Shown: positions 18,678-28,608, counted from the stretch's first letter. The stretch: 64,000 bases of DNA from Candidatus Levyibacteriota bacterium (GCA_016186645.1 JACPLF010000007.1:126651-190650); one strand, 5' to 3'. Numbers and translations: made by a program. The notes: a model not told the origin generated them from the sequence alone.

Positions 18678-19662
18678 TCACCCATTACAATCTGCTGCGT
18701 GGGGTGAATTTAGAAAAAAAACTGGAATAAAAGTAATAAAAATTAATAGAACCCAAATAACAATTCACAAGGTTCCTCACACACCCTGGACAATTGGCTA
18801 TGTCCCAAAAGGTCCGCTTCCAGACAAAGAAATGATTTCAGAACTTAAGAGAATCGGGAGAGAGAAAAAATGTGTGTTTATTCAGCTGGAACCAAATGTA
18901 TTAATTGAAAATTCTAAATTGAAAATTGAAAATTTAGGTCTTAAGCCAGCCGCTCATCCTTTGTTTACAAAATATACTTTTGTGTTGGATTTAACAAAGT
19001 CCGAAGTGGAATTGCTGAAAGAAATGCATCCAAAGACTAGATACAACATAAAAGTAGCGCTCAAACACGGTGTTAAAATTGTTCAGGATAATTCGAATGA
19101 AGCTTTTGAAACCTATTTAAAATTGACAGAAGAGACAACAAGAAGACAAGGTTTTTATGCGCATACAGAAAAATACCATAGGCTAATGTGGGAAACATTA
19201 AAAAATGAAAAATTAAAAATGAAAAATGAAAAATTGGATACTGATAAACTTACTGCTCATCTCTTATTGGCTAAGTATAGTCCAAACTCTCAACTCTCAA
19301 CTTTCAATTCTCAACTCGTTCTGGCTGCTTGGATTTTGTTTGTTTATAAAGATACCCTTTATTATCCATATGGCGCATCAAGCAGTTTACATCGGGAAAC
19401 AATGGCATCAAATCTAATAATGTGGGAAGCAATAAAGTTTGGAAAAGAATTAGGTCTTAAAAAATTTGACATGTGGGGAGCCTTAGGGCATGATCCTTCT
19501 ACAAATGACCCTTGGTATGGATTCCACAAATTCAAACAAGGATATGGGCCAAAACTTACTGAATTTGTTGGAAGTTTCGATCTGGTAATAAATCCGTTTT
19601 TTTATGAGATGTATAAAATAGCAGACAAAATTAGGTGGGCACTTCTGAAAATTAAAAAATGA
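18661..19662 (+). CDS. FemABX/MurM-family peptidoglycan bridge aminoacyltransferase
   Basis: HPLQSAAWGEF, YVPKGP, KTRYNI, YPYGAS, MWEAIKF, FDMWG, GFHKFKQGYG. Confidence 0.9.
   Translation: MKALTNHPLQSAAWGEFRKKTGIKVIKINRTQITIHKVPHTPWTIGYVPKGPLPDKEMISELKRIGREKKCVFIQLEPNVLIENSKLKIENLGLKPAAHPLFTKYTFVLDLTKSEVELLKEMHPKTRYNIKVALKHGVKIVQDNSNEAFETYLKLTEETTRRQGFYAHTEKYHRLMWETLKNEKLKMKNEKLDTDKLTAHLLLAKYSPNSQLSTFNSQLVLAAWILFVYKDTLYYPYGASSSLHRETMASNLIMWEAIKFGKELGLKKFDMWGALGHDPSTNDPWYGFHKFKQGYGPKLTEFVGSFDLVINPFFYEMYKIADKIRWALLKIKK
18903..19317. repeat. Three different 7-mer arrays in the Fem gene (18903-18934, 19201-19235, 19285-19317)
   Basis: (aattgaa)n = IENSKLKIEN; (aaaaatg)n = KNEKLKMKNEKL; (aactctc)n = NSQLSTFNSQL. 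Confidence 0.85.
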
Positions 19663-21023
19663 AAAAGCTTATTCCTCTTGCCCTTTTTATATTATTTTTT
19701 CTTTTATTAAAAGTGGACAGCAATTCCATAAGATTATCCGATACGAATATCTATTTCAATATTGCATACCAAATCTTCAATGGAAAATTATTGTATAAAG
19801 ACATTTTTTTCTCTAATTTTCCCTTTTTTTCATATGTATCTTCTTTATATTATTTAATAACGGGAAAAAATATAGAACTTTTTTATTTTACTTCTTCTTT
19901 GGAAATTGCGATAATTACAACTTTTATATATCTGGTAGTTTACAAAAAAACAAAAGATTATATTATCTCAATAATTAGTGTAGTCTTATATATTTTTTCT
20001 TTTATTGTGCTGTCTACATCCGATCACCAAACAGGAATTTTTACGGCATCCTTATTTGCAATATTGGGATTTTATTTTCTAAAGGAAAAAGCGTTATTGT
20101 CCGGAGTCTTCCTTGCAGCATCATTTTTAACCAAAGCATATTTTCTCCCCATAGTCCTTGCTTTTTATGGCTATCTCCTTCTACAAAAAGACAAAGAGAA
20201 AATAATTAAATTTAGTATTGGATTTATTTTAGTATCGTTATTTATTCTATTGCCTTTTTTACTGCTTGCTCCAAAAGAATTTCTCTCCGATATTTTTGGC
20301 TTTTCTCTTACCCGCCCGGTAGGTCTCTCAAAATTAAATATTATGTGGTTTTTTATAACAAAAGATTTTCTGCTTTTTATTCTGTTGATCTTTAACCTAT
20401 TAAATATTAGAAAAAATATTTTATTTGGCATAATGTCTATGTTCTCCATAATTTTCTTCTTTGGATACCAAGATATATATTATCTATATCTAAATTTTTT
20501 ACCACCATTCCTTTGTATTTCCCTCTATGAATTTGTTTTCTTTTTAAAAAATAAGTTTAATCTTCAAAAACTAGTTATCCCAACCATAATTTCTTTTTTT
20601 ATTTTGCTTAACCTATTTACTTATGTTTCCTCCTATCGAAATCTAGGAAAAATCGAAGATGTAAGCAAAATCACGGAAATAATAAAGAAAGAGAAACCTG
20701 ATTATTTGTATGGCGTTAATGACATTACTCCGGCATTAATAGCTATTACGAAAATTCCTGCATTAGAAAATGTTAATGATGCGCATGAATATTTTTTTAC
20801 AAGAGGAGTCTATGATAAAAATATATTAACAGATAAAGCAATTAAAACTAAAACAATAATTGTTACTCATGGAGCAGATTATCCGGACTACGATATTAAA
20901 CAAGACATTTTAGACAACATTTTTGTAAAAGAGGCCATTTATAAAAATTGCAAAAAAATTTTAAGTGTTCCTGCGATATCCGAAGGAGACGCTAATAGGA
21001 TAAATTTATTTAAGTGTTATTAA
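19659..21023 (+). CDS. Polytopic membrane protein, probable GT-C glycosyltransferase
   Basis: SDTNIY..GKLLYKDIFF..FP first loop, about 10 TMs, LTK motif. Confidence 0.65.
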   Translation: MKKLIPLALFILFFLLLKVDSNSIRLSDTNIYFNIAYQIFNGKLLYKDIFFSNFPFFSYVSSLYYLITGKNIELFYFTSSLEIAIITTFIYLVVYKKTKDYIISIISVVLYIFSFIVLSTSDHQTGIFTASLFAILGFYFLKEKALLSGVFLAASFLTKAYFLPIVLAFYGYLLLQKDKEKIIKFSIGFILVSLFILLPFLLLAPKEFLSDIFGFSLTRPVGLSKLNIMWFFITKDFLLFILLIFNLLNIRKNILFGIMSMFSIIFFFGYQDIYYLYLNFLPPFLCISLYEFVFFLKNKFNLQKLVIPTIISFFILLNLFTYVSSYRNLGKIEDVSKITEIIKKEKPDYLYGVNDITPALIAITKIPALENVNDAHEYFFTRGVYDKNILTDKAIKTKTIIVTHGADYPDYDIKQDILDNIFVKEAIYKNCKKILSVPAISEGDANRINLFKCY

Positions 21024-21546
21024 TTTTGTATAAATATATATTGTTTGCCCTGTCGTAAGAAGAAAGCGGTAAGCTAATTTTGTATCTGTAGCTTACAACT
21101 CGCGTTCCAGGCTTTAATTCTTTCAAAAATTTTGGTTTTAATCTTTCCAGCGCTTTTGGCACCAGATAAACAAATATTACAGTAGCATTGGAAAGATCAA
21201 CATTAAAAAAATTCTTTTTTTTAATTATTATTTTATCCCGCACTTTAGCGCTATGTAGCGCTAAAGTAGATATAACTGCTCGTAATGGATCTATTTCTAT
21301 CCCAACTCCCCTTGCACCAAACTCTTTTGCTGCTATGAGGAGTAAGGTTCCTGTTCCCGATCCCAGATCATAAATGACATCCTTTTTACTTATTTTCGCC
21401 AGACGGCACATCGCGCGGGCCGTCCTTTTATTGGTTCTCCACCATGGCGCCCAAGGGCTGTCTGGTGGCCAAAACATAGATAAGAGTAAAAGAAGAAAAA
21501 AAATAATTATAAGCAAGATAATATTTATAGACCACCACAAAAACAT
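21010..21546 (-). CDS. Membrane-anchored class I SAM-dependent methyltransferase
   Basis: YDLGSGTG, GIEIDP, ATVIFVYL, LKPGTRVVSY. Confidence 0.85.
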   Translation of the reverse strand: MFLWWSINIILLIIIFFLLLLLSMFWPPDSPWAPWWRTNKRTARAMCRLAKISKKDVIYDLGSGTGTLLLIAAKEFGARGVGIEIDPLRAVISTLALHSAKVRDKIIIKKKNFFNVDLSNATVIFVYLVPKALERLKPKFLKELKPGTRVVSYRYKISLPLSSYDRANNIYLYKINNT

Positions 21547-21549
21547 ATT

Positions 21550-21837
21550 TTAGATTTTAAATATTACTTTTCCAACAATTTCTTTTTTAGAAACCCAACC
21601 GATTTCCAAACTATCCTTATCATTATCTCCCCTTACAAAATAACTTTCTGTACCAGCTGATGGATTTGCTTGAAGGATTCTCTTGATCAATATTTTTTTA
21701 TTTTTTTTCAATGCTATTATATCTCCAACTTTAGGTTTGAAAATTAAAAAAGGAATACTGCTTACTAATACCTTATCGCCCATAGATATAGTTGGTTCCA
21801 TACTATGGCCAACAATCTTAAAACTAGAAAGAAGCAT
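21550..21837 (-). CDS. sodX: NiSOD maturation peptidase (S26 family)
   Basis: GHSMEPT (catalytic Ser), IKRI (Lys), VRGDN..DS; directly downstream of sodN. Confidence 0.85.
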   Translation of the reverse strand: MLLSSFKIVGHSMEPTISMGDKVLVSSIPFLIFKPKVGDIIALKKNKKILIKRILQANPSAGTESYFVRGDNDKDSLEIGWVSKKEIVGKVIFKI

Positions 21838-22325
21838 TATTTATAAACAACAATTTCTCGCTGCGTTGGATAAGGGGACTTTACGCGAATAGGAACAAGG
21901 TTCTTTGTTTTATAAAATATTTCAGAAATCTTTAAAACCGTCTCAAGTAACTGCTCTGCCGATGCCATATCTATAGTCTGGCGTGTTTTGGCTGAAAGTT
22001 TTACTGCGCTTGCAATTAACTCTTTCAATTTAGGGTATTCCTTAAAATGCTCTTCCTTAAAATAATCATTTTCTAATGTCCCCAGTTCCTCCTCAATCAT
22101 ATTGCCATGATCATCTTTCACATGAGTGATCCTTGCAACATCATGCTCTGCTTTTGTTTCATCTACTCTTTTTAACTCGCTTAGTAATTGGGTCATACGT
22201 ATAACGGTATGAGCTCCAACTTGTGCAGCATGAGGATCGTAAATACCACAGGGGATATCGCAGTGGGCATAAGCTATCTGCGTTGGAAGAATCCTGGAAA
22301 TTGCAATAAACAAGCTTGCCATCAT
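21837..22325 (-). CDS. sodN: Nickel superoxide dismutase precursor
   Basis: Leader ending AYA followed by the Ni-hook HCDIPCGIYDP. Confidence 0.93.
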   Translation of the reverse strand: MMASLFIAISRILPTQIAYAHCDIPCGIYDPHAAQVGAHTVIRMTQLLSELKRVDETKAEHDVARITHVKDDHGNMIEEELGTLENDYFKEEHFKEYPKLKELIASAVKLSAKTRQTIDMASAEQLLETVLKISEIFYKTKNLVPIRVKSPYPTQREIVVYK

Positions 22326-22380
22326 AATAAAGCCAATATAATCCTTTTGAAAATATCTGTCAATAAGTCAACATACAGTT

Positions 22381-23466
22381 TTAAATATTAAGGTCTTTTT
22401 CAAACCTTATAAATCGTTTTATTGCTTTAAATAAAGGCAAAATTTCGAGAAGATACTTAAAAAGAATAAGCTGCTGAAGAATGTATGCAAAGATACCCGA
22501 TATATGAAATCTACCCATGGCAAAAGTTGCAAAATGACTACCTAAAGGAACTAAGTATCCTGTATTATGATACGTATAAGCTGAAAGTGGCCTTCCTTCA
22601 ATCTGTCTTAAAATATTTTCTGAAGATATTTTCCCCATGGTTATGGCGCGACGAGCCATGCCTGGACTTATAACGTCTCCTGCGGCAAAAATATTTTTAT
22701 CGTCAGTCAGTTGAAGGCTGTCATTAACCTCAATTTTACCTAAAAGATCATTTGGCTTAACTCCACCTGTCCAAATAAAAACATCATAAGGAAATATTTT
22801 ACCTTTTTCCGATTCAATCGATTCCTTTGAAGCTTTTTTTATATGCTCTCCCAATATTAAACGGACATTTGCTTTTTCTAACCTTTTTTTAGCAAGTTCT
22901 GAGCTTGATCCGCCTATTTCTTTTAATAAAATATGTGATCCTTGAATAAGAGTTATATCCATATAGCTTTTGTGGGTCGAAAGCTCACAGGCAATTTCTG
23001 TTCCTGAAAATCCTCCTCCTCCAACGACTACTTTTTTTGCGTTTTTTAAAGCATTTTTAATTTGTACTGCATTCTGAAGAGTTTTTAGCGGAATCGAGTA
23101 TTCTTTGATTCCTGGAATTCCGAAATCAGCTGTATCGCTACCTAGCGCAAAAATTAAATAATCGTATATAAATACTGTCCCACCATCTAATAAAACCTTT
23201 TTATTCTTGACGTCTATCTTCTCAACATTTCCCTGCTTAAACTCAATATCATTACCGAATATTTCCTTGAATGGAATAGTTACATTTCTTTGTGGTTCTT
23301 CCGCGGCAGCAAGTTCATATAAGGATGGCGAGAATGTATGGAAACTATTGCGATCAACCAGGGTTACTTTTATATCTTTTAAATTCCTGCTTTTAAAAAT
23401 CAAACCAGCCTTTACTCCAGCAAAACCTCCACCCAAAATAACTATATTTAGCATATCTGTATTCAC
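22381..23466 (-). CDS. Type II NADH dehydrogenase-like FAD oxidoreductase
   Basis: ILGGGFAG, YDYLIFALG, FGIPG, VGGGGFSGTE, IFAAGD. Confidence 0.8.
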   Translation of the reverse strand: MNTDMLNIVILGGGFAGVKAGLIFKSRNLKDIKVTLVDRNSFHTFSPSLYELAAAEEPQRNVTIPFKEIFGNDIEFKQGNVEKIDVKNKKVLLDGGTVFIYDYLIFALGSDTADFGIPGIKEYSIPLKTLQNAVQIKNALKNAKKVVVGGGGFSGTEIACELSTHKSYMDITLIQGSHILLKEIGGSSSELAKKRLEKANVRLILGEHIKKASKESIESEKGKIFPYDVFIWTGGVKPNDLLGKIEVNDSLQLTDDKNIFAAGDVISPGMARRAITMGKISSENILRQIEGRPLSAYTYHNTGYLVPLGSHFATFAMGRFHISGIFAYILQQLILFKYLLEILPLFKAIKRFIRFEKDLNI

Positions 23467-23498
23467 CTATCTTATCTATTCCATAAACTTTTCTCAAG

Positions 23499-23906
23499 GT
23501 GTATACTGAATATATGAGCCTACCTTTCCCTCGCTTTGCTATTTTTGTAATATATTTCTGGTTTGGATTTTTAAAGTTAATAGATTCAAGTCCTGCTAAT
23601 CCTTTGGTTGAATCATTGCTAAATAAGACTTTGCCTTTTATTAGTTTTAGCCAATTCATAATATTCTTAGGACTTTGGGAGATGATTATAGGGACAATTT
23701 TTTTGATCCCCAAATTAGAAAGGGTCGCGATTACTATTCTTGTTTTGCATATGGCAACAACGTTTATGCCATTGTTTATACTCCCGTCCATCGCTTGGAC
23801 TGGTTTCTTGGTTCCTACCCTTGAAGGTCAGTATATGATAAAAAACATAATTACTCTGGCACTTGCTGTCAATATAGTTTCCCAAGCAAAATCAAATAAT
23901 AAATAA
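23499..23906 (+). CDS. DoxX-family membrane protein
   Basis: RFAIFVIYFWFGFLK..SPA, LEGQYMIKN; true start may be ATG about 23514. Confidence 0.75.
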   Translation: MYTEYMSLPFPRFAIFVIYFWFGFLKLIDSSPANPLVESLLNKTLPFISFSQFIIFLGLWEMIIGTIFLIPKLERVAITILVLHMATTFMPLFILPSIAWTGFLVPTLEGQYMIKNIITLALAVNIVSQAKSNNK

Positions 23907-23907
23907 T

Positions 23908-24846
23908 ATGACGCCTCAGACTTTTGATGTTGTATGTATTGGTAATGCAAAAATCGATACCTTTCTGACTTTGCATGAGGCAAATCAACATCTACGATTA
24001 ATTGAAAAGACTAATGAGCTTTGCATTAAGTTTGGCGATAAAATAACGGTTGATAAAGCAGAAATTTTGGTTGGCGGAAACGCCGCAAATGTTGCAGTAG
24101 GTACTTCCCGGCTTGGATTACATACTGGAATCGTTGCAGAAATAGGAAAAGACGAATTTGCTCAGAAAATAATAAATACTCTATCCTTTGAAAAAGTTGA
24201 CACATCTAACGTAAGACAAACAGAAGGACAACAATCTTCTTTTTCGGTAATTTTAAATTTTAAAAAAGAGAGAACTATTTTTTCAGAACACGTAAAAAGA
24301 TCGCATAATTTTGAATTTGGAAATATCACGACGAAATGGGTCTATCTGACTTCTCTTGGAAATGAGTGGAAAAATGCATATAATAAAACTGTAGATTTTA
24401 TCAAAAAATCTAAAGTGCGTCTTGCTTTTAATCCTGGAACATTGCAAATTCAAAGTGGAAGAAACAATATAGAAAATGTATTGCTCGCTACAGATGTTCT
24501 TTTTGTAAACAAAGAGGAAGGAGAAGCTTTGTTAGGACATACGCAAGGACGACAAAGCATTGAGGATATCGCTTCAAATTTACAGAAATTTGGACCAAGA
24601 GTCGTAATAATAACAGATGGGGAAAATGGCTCTTTTGCAATCGATGACAAAGGAAATATTTCAAAAAAAGGAGCTATTGAAACACAGGTCGTAGAAAAAA
24701 CCGGAGCAGGAGATGCATATTCATCAGGCTTTCTTTCTGCCTTAATAAACAATAAGCCTATTCCCGAAGCTATGGAATGGGGGACAAAAAATTCTGCATC
24801 CGTAATTGGAAAAGTTGGTGCCCAAGCCGGACTTCTATATGTTTAA
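23908..24846 (+). CDS. PfkB-family carbohydrate kinase
   Basis: GGNAANVAVGTSRLG, FNPG, VNKEE, ITDGENGS, TGAGDAY. Confidence 0.92.
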   Translation: MTPQTFDVVCIGNAKIDTFLTLHEANQHLRLIEKTNELCIKFGDKITVDKAEILVGGNAANVAVGTSRLGLHTGIVAEIGKDEFAQKIINTLSFEKVDTSNVRQTEGQQSSFSVILNFKKERTIFSEHVKRSHNFEFGNITTKWVYLTSLGNEWKNAYNKTVDFIKKSKVRLAFNPGTLQIQSGRNNIENVLLATDVLFVNKEEGEALLGHTQGRQSIEDIASNLQKFGPRVVIITDGENGSFAIDDKGNISKKGAIETQVVEKTGAGDAYSSGFLSALINNKPIPEAMEWGTKNSASVIGKVGAQAGLLYV

Positions 24847-25750
24847 TACTTTGGGTTATAAAAAAAATCTTTTCATACTCCCTTTTGATCACCGGTCTTC
24901 TTTTGCTAAATTGTTCGGATTTACAAATCCCGAGTTGAGTAGTGACGAAAAAAATATTATTACTTCTGCAAAAGAAACCATTTTCATGGCTTTTGAAAAG
25001 GCGTTATTGAAAGGAGTACCAAAAGAACTGGGAGCGATTCTGATCGACGAGGAATATGGAGACAAAATTATCCGTGATGCGATAGGCAAAAAATATAACG
25101 TTATTCTTACCACAGAAAAAAGCGGACAAAAAGAATTTACTTTTGAATATGGAGATGAATTTGGCAAACACATAGAAAAATATAAACCCACATTTGTAAA
25201 AGCCCTCGTTCATTACAACCCAAATGATGATCCTTTATCTAAAATGCGTCAGCAGCAAAAATTGGAAGTATTAAGTAATTACTGTCATCAAAATTCTTAT
25301 AAATTTCTGTTTGAGATTCTTGTTCCGCCAACAGAATCACAACTTAGAAATGTTAGCGGAAATATTCAAAGGTATGATACTGAGGTAAGACCAAATCTGA
25401 CTGCAAAAGCAATAGAAGAATTACAAAATGTAAATGTTAAGCCGGATATTTGGAAGATCGAAGGGATGGAAGAAGAAGATAGCTATAAAATTGTTTCCTT
25501 GCAAGTACAAAAAGGTGGGGACAATGTTGGAATTGTTATTTTGGGACGTGCCGAAAACCAAGATAAAGTTGAGCAGTGGATAAAGGCTGGTAACAAAATC
25601 AAAGGAGTGGTAGGATTTGCTGTTGGAAGAACAGTGTTTTGGGAGCCTCTTACCCAATACAAAAATGGTACTATAGACAGAGATACGACTATAGAGCAAA
25701 TTAGTAATAATTTTTTGCATTTCTATAATATTTTTACAAATAAAGAATAA
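24839..25750 (+). CDS. DUF2090/LacD-like class I aldolase
   Basis: LFILPFDHRSSF, ILIDEEYG, PDIWKIEG (Schiff-base Lys), ILGR, GFAVGRTVF. ATG 24839 preferred. Confidence 0.8.
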   Translation: MFNTLGYKKNLFILPFDHRSSFAKLFGFTNPELSSDEKNIITSAKETIFMAFEKALLKGVPKELGAILIDEEYGDKIIRDAIGKKYNVILTTEKSGQKEFTFEYGDEFGKHIEKYKPTFVKALVHYNPNDDPLSKMRQQQKLEVLSNYCHQNSYKFLFEILVPPTESQLRNVSGNIQRYDTEVRPNLTAKAIEELQNVNVKPDIWKIEGMEEEDSYKIVSLQVQKGGDNVGIVILGRAENQDKVEQWIKAGNKIKGVVGFAVGRTVFWEPLTQYKNGTIDRDTTIEQISNNFLHFYNIFTNKE

Positions 25751-26199
25751 TGAAAATTTATTTAGGAACAGACCATGCGGGATTTGAATTTAAAGAAAAA
25801 ATTAAAGAGTTCCTTCTTATTTTAAAGTACGATGTTGTCGATTGTGGCGCTCATGTGTATGATAAAAACGATGATTATCCGGACTTTATCAGTAAAGTTG
25901 CAGATAGCGTTTCTAAGGATACAAATTCACGAGGTATTGTTCTGGGCAAATCGGGGGCCGGAGAATGCATTGTCGCAAATAAATATAAAGGTGTTAGAGC
26001 ATTTCTCGCAGTGAATGATAGAAATGTAAGGCTTGCAAGAGAACATAATAACGCAAACATTATGTCTTTAGGATCAGAGATTGTTGCGCTTGAAAAGGCA
26101 AAAGATCTTGTAAAGCTCTTTCTTGAAATACCATTTTCCGCAGAAGAAAGACACATTAGGAGAATTAATGAAATTAAAGAAATTGAAGACAAATGTTAA
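25750..26199 (+). CDS. rpiB: Ribose-5-phosphate isomerase B
   Basis: GTDHAG, DDYPD, GKSGAGE, ANK..GVRA, AREHNNAN, RHIRRI. Confidence 0.93.
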   Translation: MKIYLGTDHAGFEFKEKIKEFLLILKYDVVDCGAHVYDKNDDYPDFISKVADSVSKDTNSRGIVLGKSGAGECIVANKYKGVRAFLAVNDRNVRLAREHNNANIMSLGSEIVALEKAKDLVKLFLEIPFSAEERHIRRINEIKEIEDKC

Positions 26200-27470
26200 T
26201 TAAAAATTTTGATGCTTTAAACAAAACCCCTCAAAGGAAAATTTGTCTGGATTTAATAGAGTCGGCCCTTTTATCAATTCAACCCGAAAATATAATTCAA
26301 AAAAATATTTCTTTAAAAGAAAGTATTTTAACTATCCAAAATAAAACTTTTGATCTTAAAAATTTTGATAGAATTTTTCTAATTGGCTTTGGAAAAGGGT
26401 CTGCAGATATTTCTAAAAAAATAGAAACCTTACTTAAAGATCGATTAACAGATGGCTATGTTATTGATACAACAAAAGAAGAATTTTCAAAAATAAAATT
26501 TACTTTGGGAACCCATCCATTACCATCTCAGGAAAACTTTGATTTTACCCACAATGTCATTTCAAAATTTTCTAACCTTACGGGAAAAGATTTAGTTTTG
26601 GTTGTAATATCCGGCGGAGGATCTGCAATGCTGGTTCATCCCCATAACATAACGCTTGATGAAAAAATAAAAGTTGATAATGCATTACTTAAGTCAGGTG
26701 CCGATATTATAGAGATAAATATTGTAAGACAACATCTGTCAGACGTAAAAGGAGGAGGTCTTGCTCAAATATTATATCCTTCAACAGTAATTAGTCTTAT
26801 TTTCTCCGACGTGCCTGGAAATGATATTTCATATGTTGCATCCGGGCCAACAGTAAAAGATCATACAACAGTTTCGGATGCAATTAATATTATCAAAAAA
26901 TATAATCTCGAAAAAGAGCTTAACTTATCCTACGAAGCATTTGCAGAAAATCCCAAAGAAGATAAATACTTTGAAAAAGTTAAAAACATAATAGTATTGA
27001 GCAATTTAACAGCCCTGCAGGCTATGAAAGAAAAAGCAAAAGAACTGGGAATAAATGCAGCAATTTTTACAGACAGATTTCAGGGAGAAGCAAAATTGGC
27101 CGGAAAAAAGTTAATTAATAAAGCTCCAAATAATCAGATCCTTTTGGTAGGAGGAGAAACAACTGTAAAAGTTTTAAATCAAAATGGAAAAGGAGGAAGA
27201 AACCAAGAGCTGGTTCTGGGGGCATTACAGTATATAGACAACGATACGACAATTGCGTCTTTTGCAACGGACGGATGGGACAATACGGAAGCGGCCGGTG
27301 CAATTGGAGACTTTCTAACAATTCAAAAAGCAAAAGAACAAAATCTTGATCCGGGAAGCTTCTTGCAAGAAAATAATAGCTTTTACTTTTTTGAAAAAAC
27401 AGGAGACGGAATAATTACCGGCCGCCTCCCCTCCAACGTCTCCGACCTCATGATTGTATTAAAAAAATAA
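26193..27470 (+). CDS. Glycerate 2-kinase (MOFRL family)
   Basis: GFGKG, HPLP, ISGGGSA, VKGG, SDVPG, ASGPT, GGETTV, GGRNQE, TDGWD, NVSDL. Confidence 0.9.
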   Translation: MLIKNFDALNKTPQRKICLDLIESALLSIQPENIIQKNISLKESILTIQNKTFDLKNFDRIFLIGFGKGSADISKKIETLLKDRLTDGYVIDTTKEEFSKIKFTLGTHPLPSQENFDFTHNVISKFSNLTGKDLVLVVISGGGSAMLVHPHNITLDEKIKVDNALLKSGADIIEINIVRQHLSDVKGGGLAQILYPSTVISLIFSDVPGNDISYVASGPTVKDHTTVSDAINIIKKYNLEKELNLSYEAFAENPKEDKYFEKVKNIIVLSNLTALQAMKEKAKELGINAAIFTDRFQGEAKLAGKKLINKAPNNQILLVGGETTVKVLNQNGKGGRNQELVLGALQYIDNDTTIASFATDGWDNTEAAGAIGDFLTIQKAKEQNLDPGSFLQENNSFYFFEKTGDGIITGRLPSNVSDLMIVLKK

Positions 27471-27545
27471 ATGATTTTAAATCCTAAAATACGTCAAGTT
27501 TGGGCAGATAAGACGTTTGAATTTACCAACAACACTTGATTTACT

Positions 27546-27662
27546 ATGAAAATTGATTCTTTAACACTATATCTTATCGGCATAATAATTATTCTTTCTA
27601 TAGTAGGGTTCATTGGTTATTTAGATACAAAAAGTAATGTTAAAAAATCAAACAAAAAATAA
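27546..27662 (+). CDS. Small single-TM protein (38 aa)
   Basis: Manual translation MKIDSLTLYLIGIIIILSIVGFIGYLDTKSNVKKSNKK; below the ORF-track cutoff. Confidence 0.4.
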   Translation: MKIDSLTLYLIGIIIILSIVGFIGYLDTKSNVKKSNKK

Positions 27663-27717
27663 CCCCTTTTTATTCTCAAGCCAAAACCAAATTTGATTCT
27701 AAAGACAGGGTGTCAAG

Positions 27718-28530
27718 CTAGACCGCCTCGAGGGTGGACGAGGGTGGGCTTTTTTTCATTTCTTCAAAACGACCACCTATATACCTAGGAGATTTCGGCG
27801 GAAGCGAACGCGTAGAGCCCAGGAAGCTACCATCCAACGATAATCTGTAAGAGACATAAAACCCATAACAAATGAGACGAGAACCAAGCCATGACCATGT
27901 ATTTACATCGAAACGTTCTCCCCTTAAAACTCTACTTGCTTCAGAGGCGAGGATATATGTATTTTCTCGTTGCGGAACGTATCCTTGTCTTATGGAGTGT
28001 TTCTTCAGATCTCTTCGAGTAGTACCAAGATTTGGAGCATCAAGAGTTGCTTCTACTTTAACCCATACGCCTTTTGTATTAGTATCAGATCTATCCTGCA
28101 CATTAGCACCTTTTTGAACTGAAGAATTTTGTATACTCGGACTAAGATACATTTGTTTCAATTTTGCTAGTCCTTCTTGTCCCATAAGCTCGCCTGGAAT
28201 ATAGACCAACATCGAAGGAACCGCGTTGCCTCCCGTGTCTTTCATTGGCAATCTTATTTCTTCTTCTGTCCAGTTGCAGTCGGGCACAGAAATCTCAAGT
28301 CCTACTCTTTTACCATCTACTTGCAATTTTACCCGCCAATAATTAGTAAGAGCTTCTGGAGAAAAGGGATTTGCTTTAAGTTCTGCAATTGCTTCGCCCA
28401 AAACATCAGATGGCAAAGGGTTTGTCTCATCTGGGACTACTGCTTTGGGCACAGAAGATTCTGGTACGCCTCGCATTCCTGGAATATTACCTTTAAATCT
28501 TCGTGCTAATATCTCTAGAATTGCTGGCAT
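27718..28530 (-). CDS. Hypothetical protein with possible C-type-lectin-like C-terminus
   Basis: 270-aa ORF opposite to the flanking operon; ends WSWLGS...YIGGRFEE. Confidence 0.6.
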   Translation of the reverse strand: MPAILEILARRFKGNIPGMRGVPESSVPKAVVPDETNPLPSDVLGEAIAELKANPFSPEALTNYWRVKLQVDGKRVGLEISVPDCNWTEEEIRLPMKDTGGNAVPSMLVYIPGELMGQEGLAKLKQMYLSPSIQNSSVQKGANVQDRSDTNTKGVWVKVEATLDAPNLGTTRRDLKKHSIRQGYVPQRENTYILASEASRVLRGERFDVNTWSWLGSRLICYGFYVSYRLSLDGSFLGSTRSLPPKSPRYIGGRFEEMKKSPPSSTLEAV

Positions 28531-28608
28531 ATTAAAAAAATACTATTATAATTATAAAACTATAAGTTAGCTGTTGTCAAGTTTTTTTGTACGTGTTACT
28601 ATAAATAA

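Noticed and set aside
21645-21676. Possible palindromic insert in sodX (NPSAG)
   Set aside because: Dyad too short and degenerate to support.
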